From assembly GCA_002269645.1 (NCBI GenBank), contig NIVC01000591.1:685960-749959 (forward strand): DNA of 64,000 nucleotides, read 5' to 3'. The notes beneath the pieces were generated by a model. It made no database searches. It was not told where the DNA came from and was given only the letters and a program-made list of their open reading frames with translations. The position numbers were made by a program, and so were the translations under genes. Positions 62,001 through 64,000 of the stretch are shown piece by piece (within the stretch, counting starts at the first letter, position 1; the number at the start of each line of letters is the position of its first letter). The stretch comes from Macrostomum lignano (lineage: Eukaryota).

Positions 62001-64000
62001 TCAAAGAAACGTTGTGAATGCTTTAGATTGCATTGAAGGCTATATTATTGCAGTCAACTATTGTATATTTAGCAAATACAAGCTATATCATATACTCCAT
62101 AATCCATATTCGTGTAGCAAAATAGAAAGATTTCTCATCTTAATCAGCTCATCTGTTTATGAAACTCGCAGCGTGCTGTTGAAGAACAGGGTCGCCAGTC
62201 GCCCTTGTTCAGAGGCAGCATTCAGCACGGCCCAACAGATGAAAAAAACTGGCGAATGCGCCACTTCAAGGTCCAGGGATGTATCCGATGGAGAGCCAAT
62301 CCTCAGTGGTTTCGTAACAGGCAGCCAATAAGCAGCAGGACTTTTGTGGTGCAGCTGCAATGAGCTGCTGATGAGATGACATCCTTTGACCAGAGCACCC
62401 CTGACTGCGAGCGCCCTGCCGCCCAGTCGACCGCTGGAAGCTGCGCTAGCCACGCCTCCACAGTCCATGGATGCACAACTGCGCTGCACTTGCCTTGACC
62501 ATCGAGAGTTGCTGCTGCAGCCGCTTGATTTGCCTGTCGCTTTCGGGATTGCTGCTGCAGCCGCTTGATTCGCCTGTCACTTTCGGATCGTTGCTGCAGC
62601 CGCTTGATCGTTGCCTCTAGCGCTTGGAACCGCGAATCGGCTGCAGAGGTGAGAGCTTTCAGCCGAAACAGCTGTTCTCGGCGCAGAATCTGGTAGCCGA
62701 AGGTTGCTCTGCCACAGCACTGGCAGCAGGCAAGTCGCAGGCTCGGCTGCAGATAGATTGCTAATAGGCCCCAGCACTGGAGGGTACATGTCGTCTGCCT
62801 CTTCGTCGTTTATCAGTCCTTTGCACAGAGCTGGTAGCTGGTCTATTTGAACGAGCCGAGGCAGCATCAACTCTTGGTGTGGGATTGCGTCCCAGCGAAA
62901 ACAGACGTCTTGCACATCCGTGGCACTTTGTAAGGCAGCAGTAGGCCTCGTCCATAAAGTGCAAGCTGAACACACGTAGGCCCCGTGATTTAATTGTTTA
63001 TAAAGGTCAATATCCACGCTCCTGCAGTAGCTGCTGCCAGCGCTTCGCCAGTGTCATCTTTTGGTAATTTATGCATTCGCAACGGATTTTCTTTCTCGGA
63101 TGTTAATAGCACTAGTACAGAGCTCGTGCAAGTGGGAGCACAGCAGTGGTTCGAATCAAAACATTTCTCGAGTACGAGATTAGATAGAAAAGCTAGTATG
63201 CACTCGAACTTTCTTTAACTCTGAATCTTGTCCTGTTCATCTATATATAAGCTTGTATTTAAGCACGATTCGCCACCCCCAAATTTTCTAACCCACAACC
63301 TCTAAACCCCCACCCCTAACCCAGGCTAGCTATGTGCAGTGCTTTATTTTCTATCCCACCACCAGTGGGCCTAAATTATCGATCCACTCACCCTTCCTTA
63401 TACGAAACTGATATTAACCCTATTCCAGACACCCCCTTCCTCCACTTTGAAAGATAGCGGCATTGTACACTGTCTGTCGCGTCTTAAAGTACACCATTAC
63501 TGCACAAAACAAGTTAGTTGTTTATGGCGTTAGCAAAACGATGTCTCAAAAACAGTCACTTGATTTGTCTAATTTAGCAATAATACTGTTGCTTCCTTTC
63601 ATTGCTACTAAGCAGAAAGTAGAATAAAAAACTTGCCCAGAAAATTAGCCTGAGTGGCCTATCTAGTGTTTATAGTATCTGTGCTTTTAACTTCCCGACA
63701 TTGTGCTTTGAGATTTGCTTTAACCATCATAGACATCAGTTCACTTTATGAAGCATGATTGATTTATGACCAAATCATCTCTTCAGACGCTGGTGTCAAA
63801 AATGTCCACCTGAATGGCATTGCAACGCCAACGAAAGATTCTTCTATTGCTGCTTCTGCAACAGACGCAGCTGCTGCTCAGGATGACGTCATCGCCAGTA
63901 ATGCTTACAGACCGGCCAAGGCTGCCGTTGAATTGTCGTCAACTGCGGCTGGGTTCTACAATTGCGACAAGAATTTCGACGTATTATCGCCATTCTGCAC
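59049..64000 (+). CDS. Unidentified low-complexity (S/P/Q/H/N/A-rich) protein, 3'-incomplete; exons 59049-60832, probable microexon 61547-61569, 63787->64000
   Basis: Long ORF with host-like composition and a donor AG|GTGCGT at 60833. A strong acceptor at 61546 and an acceptor at 63786 give a frame open to the window end. No domain recognised. Confidence 0.6.
60949..61455. repeat. 23-bp minisatellite AAGAATAGCCATATTACCTCAAT
   Basis: About 22 copies. Confidence 0.95.
61808..63683 (-). mobile_element. Internally deleted P-element-like DNA transposon, 1876 bp
   Basis: 44-bp TIRs CACAGATACTATAAACACTAGAT(G/A)GGCCACTC(CA/AG)GCTAATTTTC with 3 mismatches; perfect 8-bp TSD CTTTTAAC (61800-61807, 63684-63691). 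Frameshifted THAP motifs (CCAPTC, HKLPKD, KRW, VCS-LHF, RWDAIP) and P-transposase N-terminal motifs (WSKDVISSA, HHKSPAAY, PSDTSL). Confidence 0.88.

Overview
This is eukaryotic (animal) genomic DNA. The GC-rich exons with polyQ/polyA tracts, the minisatellite-filled introns and the 3' splice sites just upstream of start codons resemble a free-living flatworm such as Macrostomum; the organism call is inference. Seven spliced protein-coding genes can be built with phase-consistent GT-AG junctions: RPS6KC1-like pseudokinase (+, 5' end outside the window), a small LITAF-domain gene (-, missed by the ORF track), G-alpha-i (-), TAF5L/TAF5-like WD40 (-), a 5-finger C2H2 gene with 30 pure CAG (-), RPS23 (+), and an unidentified low-complexity gene (+, running off the window). 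Mobile DNA includes two very young Ty3/Gypsy LTR elements, both inserted in tandem-repeat arrays: one CsRN1-type and essentially complete, one lacking protease and the RT N-terminus. There is also a TIR/TSD-bounded P-element derivative, a mariner MITE, a mariner relic and two tRNA-derived SINEs. The least explained feature is the ~10 kb interval between the divergent ZNF and RPS23 start codons. It is CpG-depleted and minisatellite-free, carries at least 13 exact TAGGCCTA palindromes, and has a central CpG-retaining patch. All counts and alignments were done by eye.
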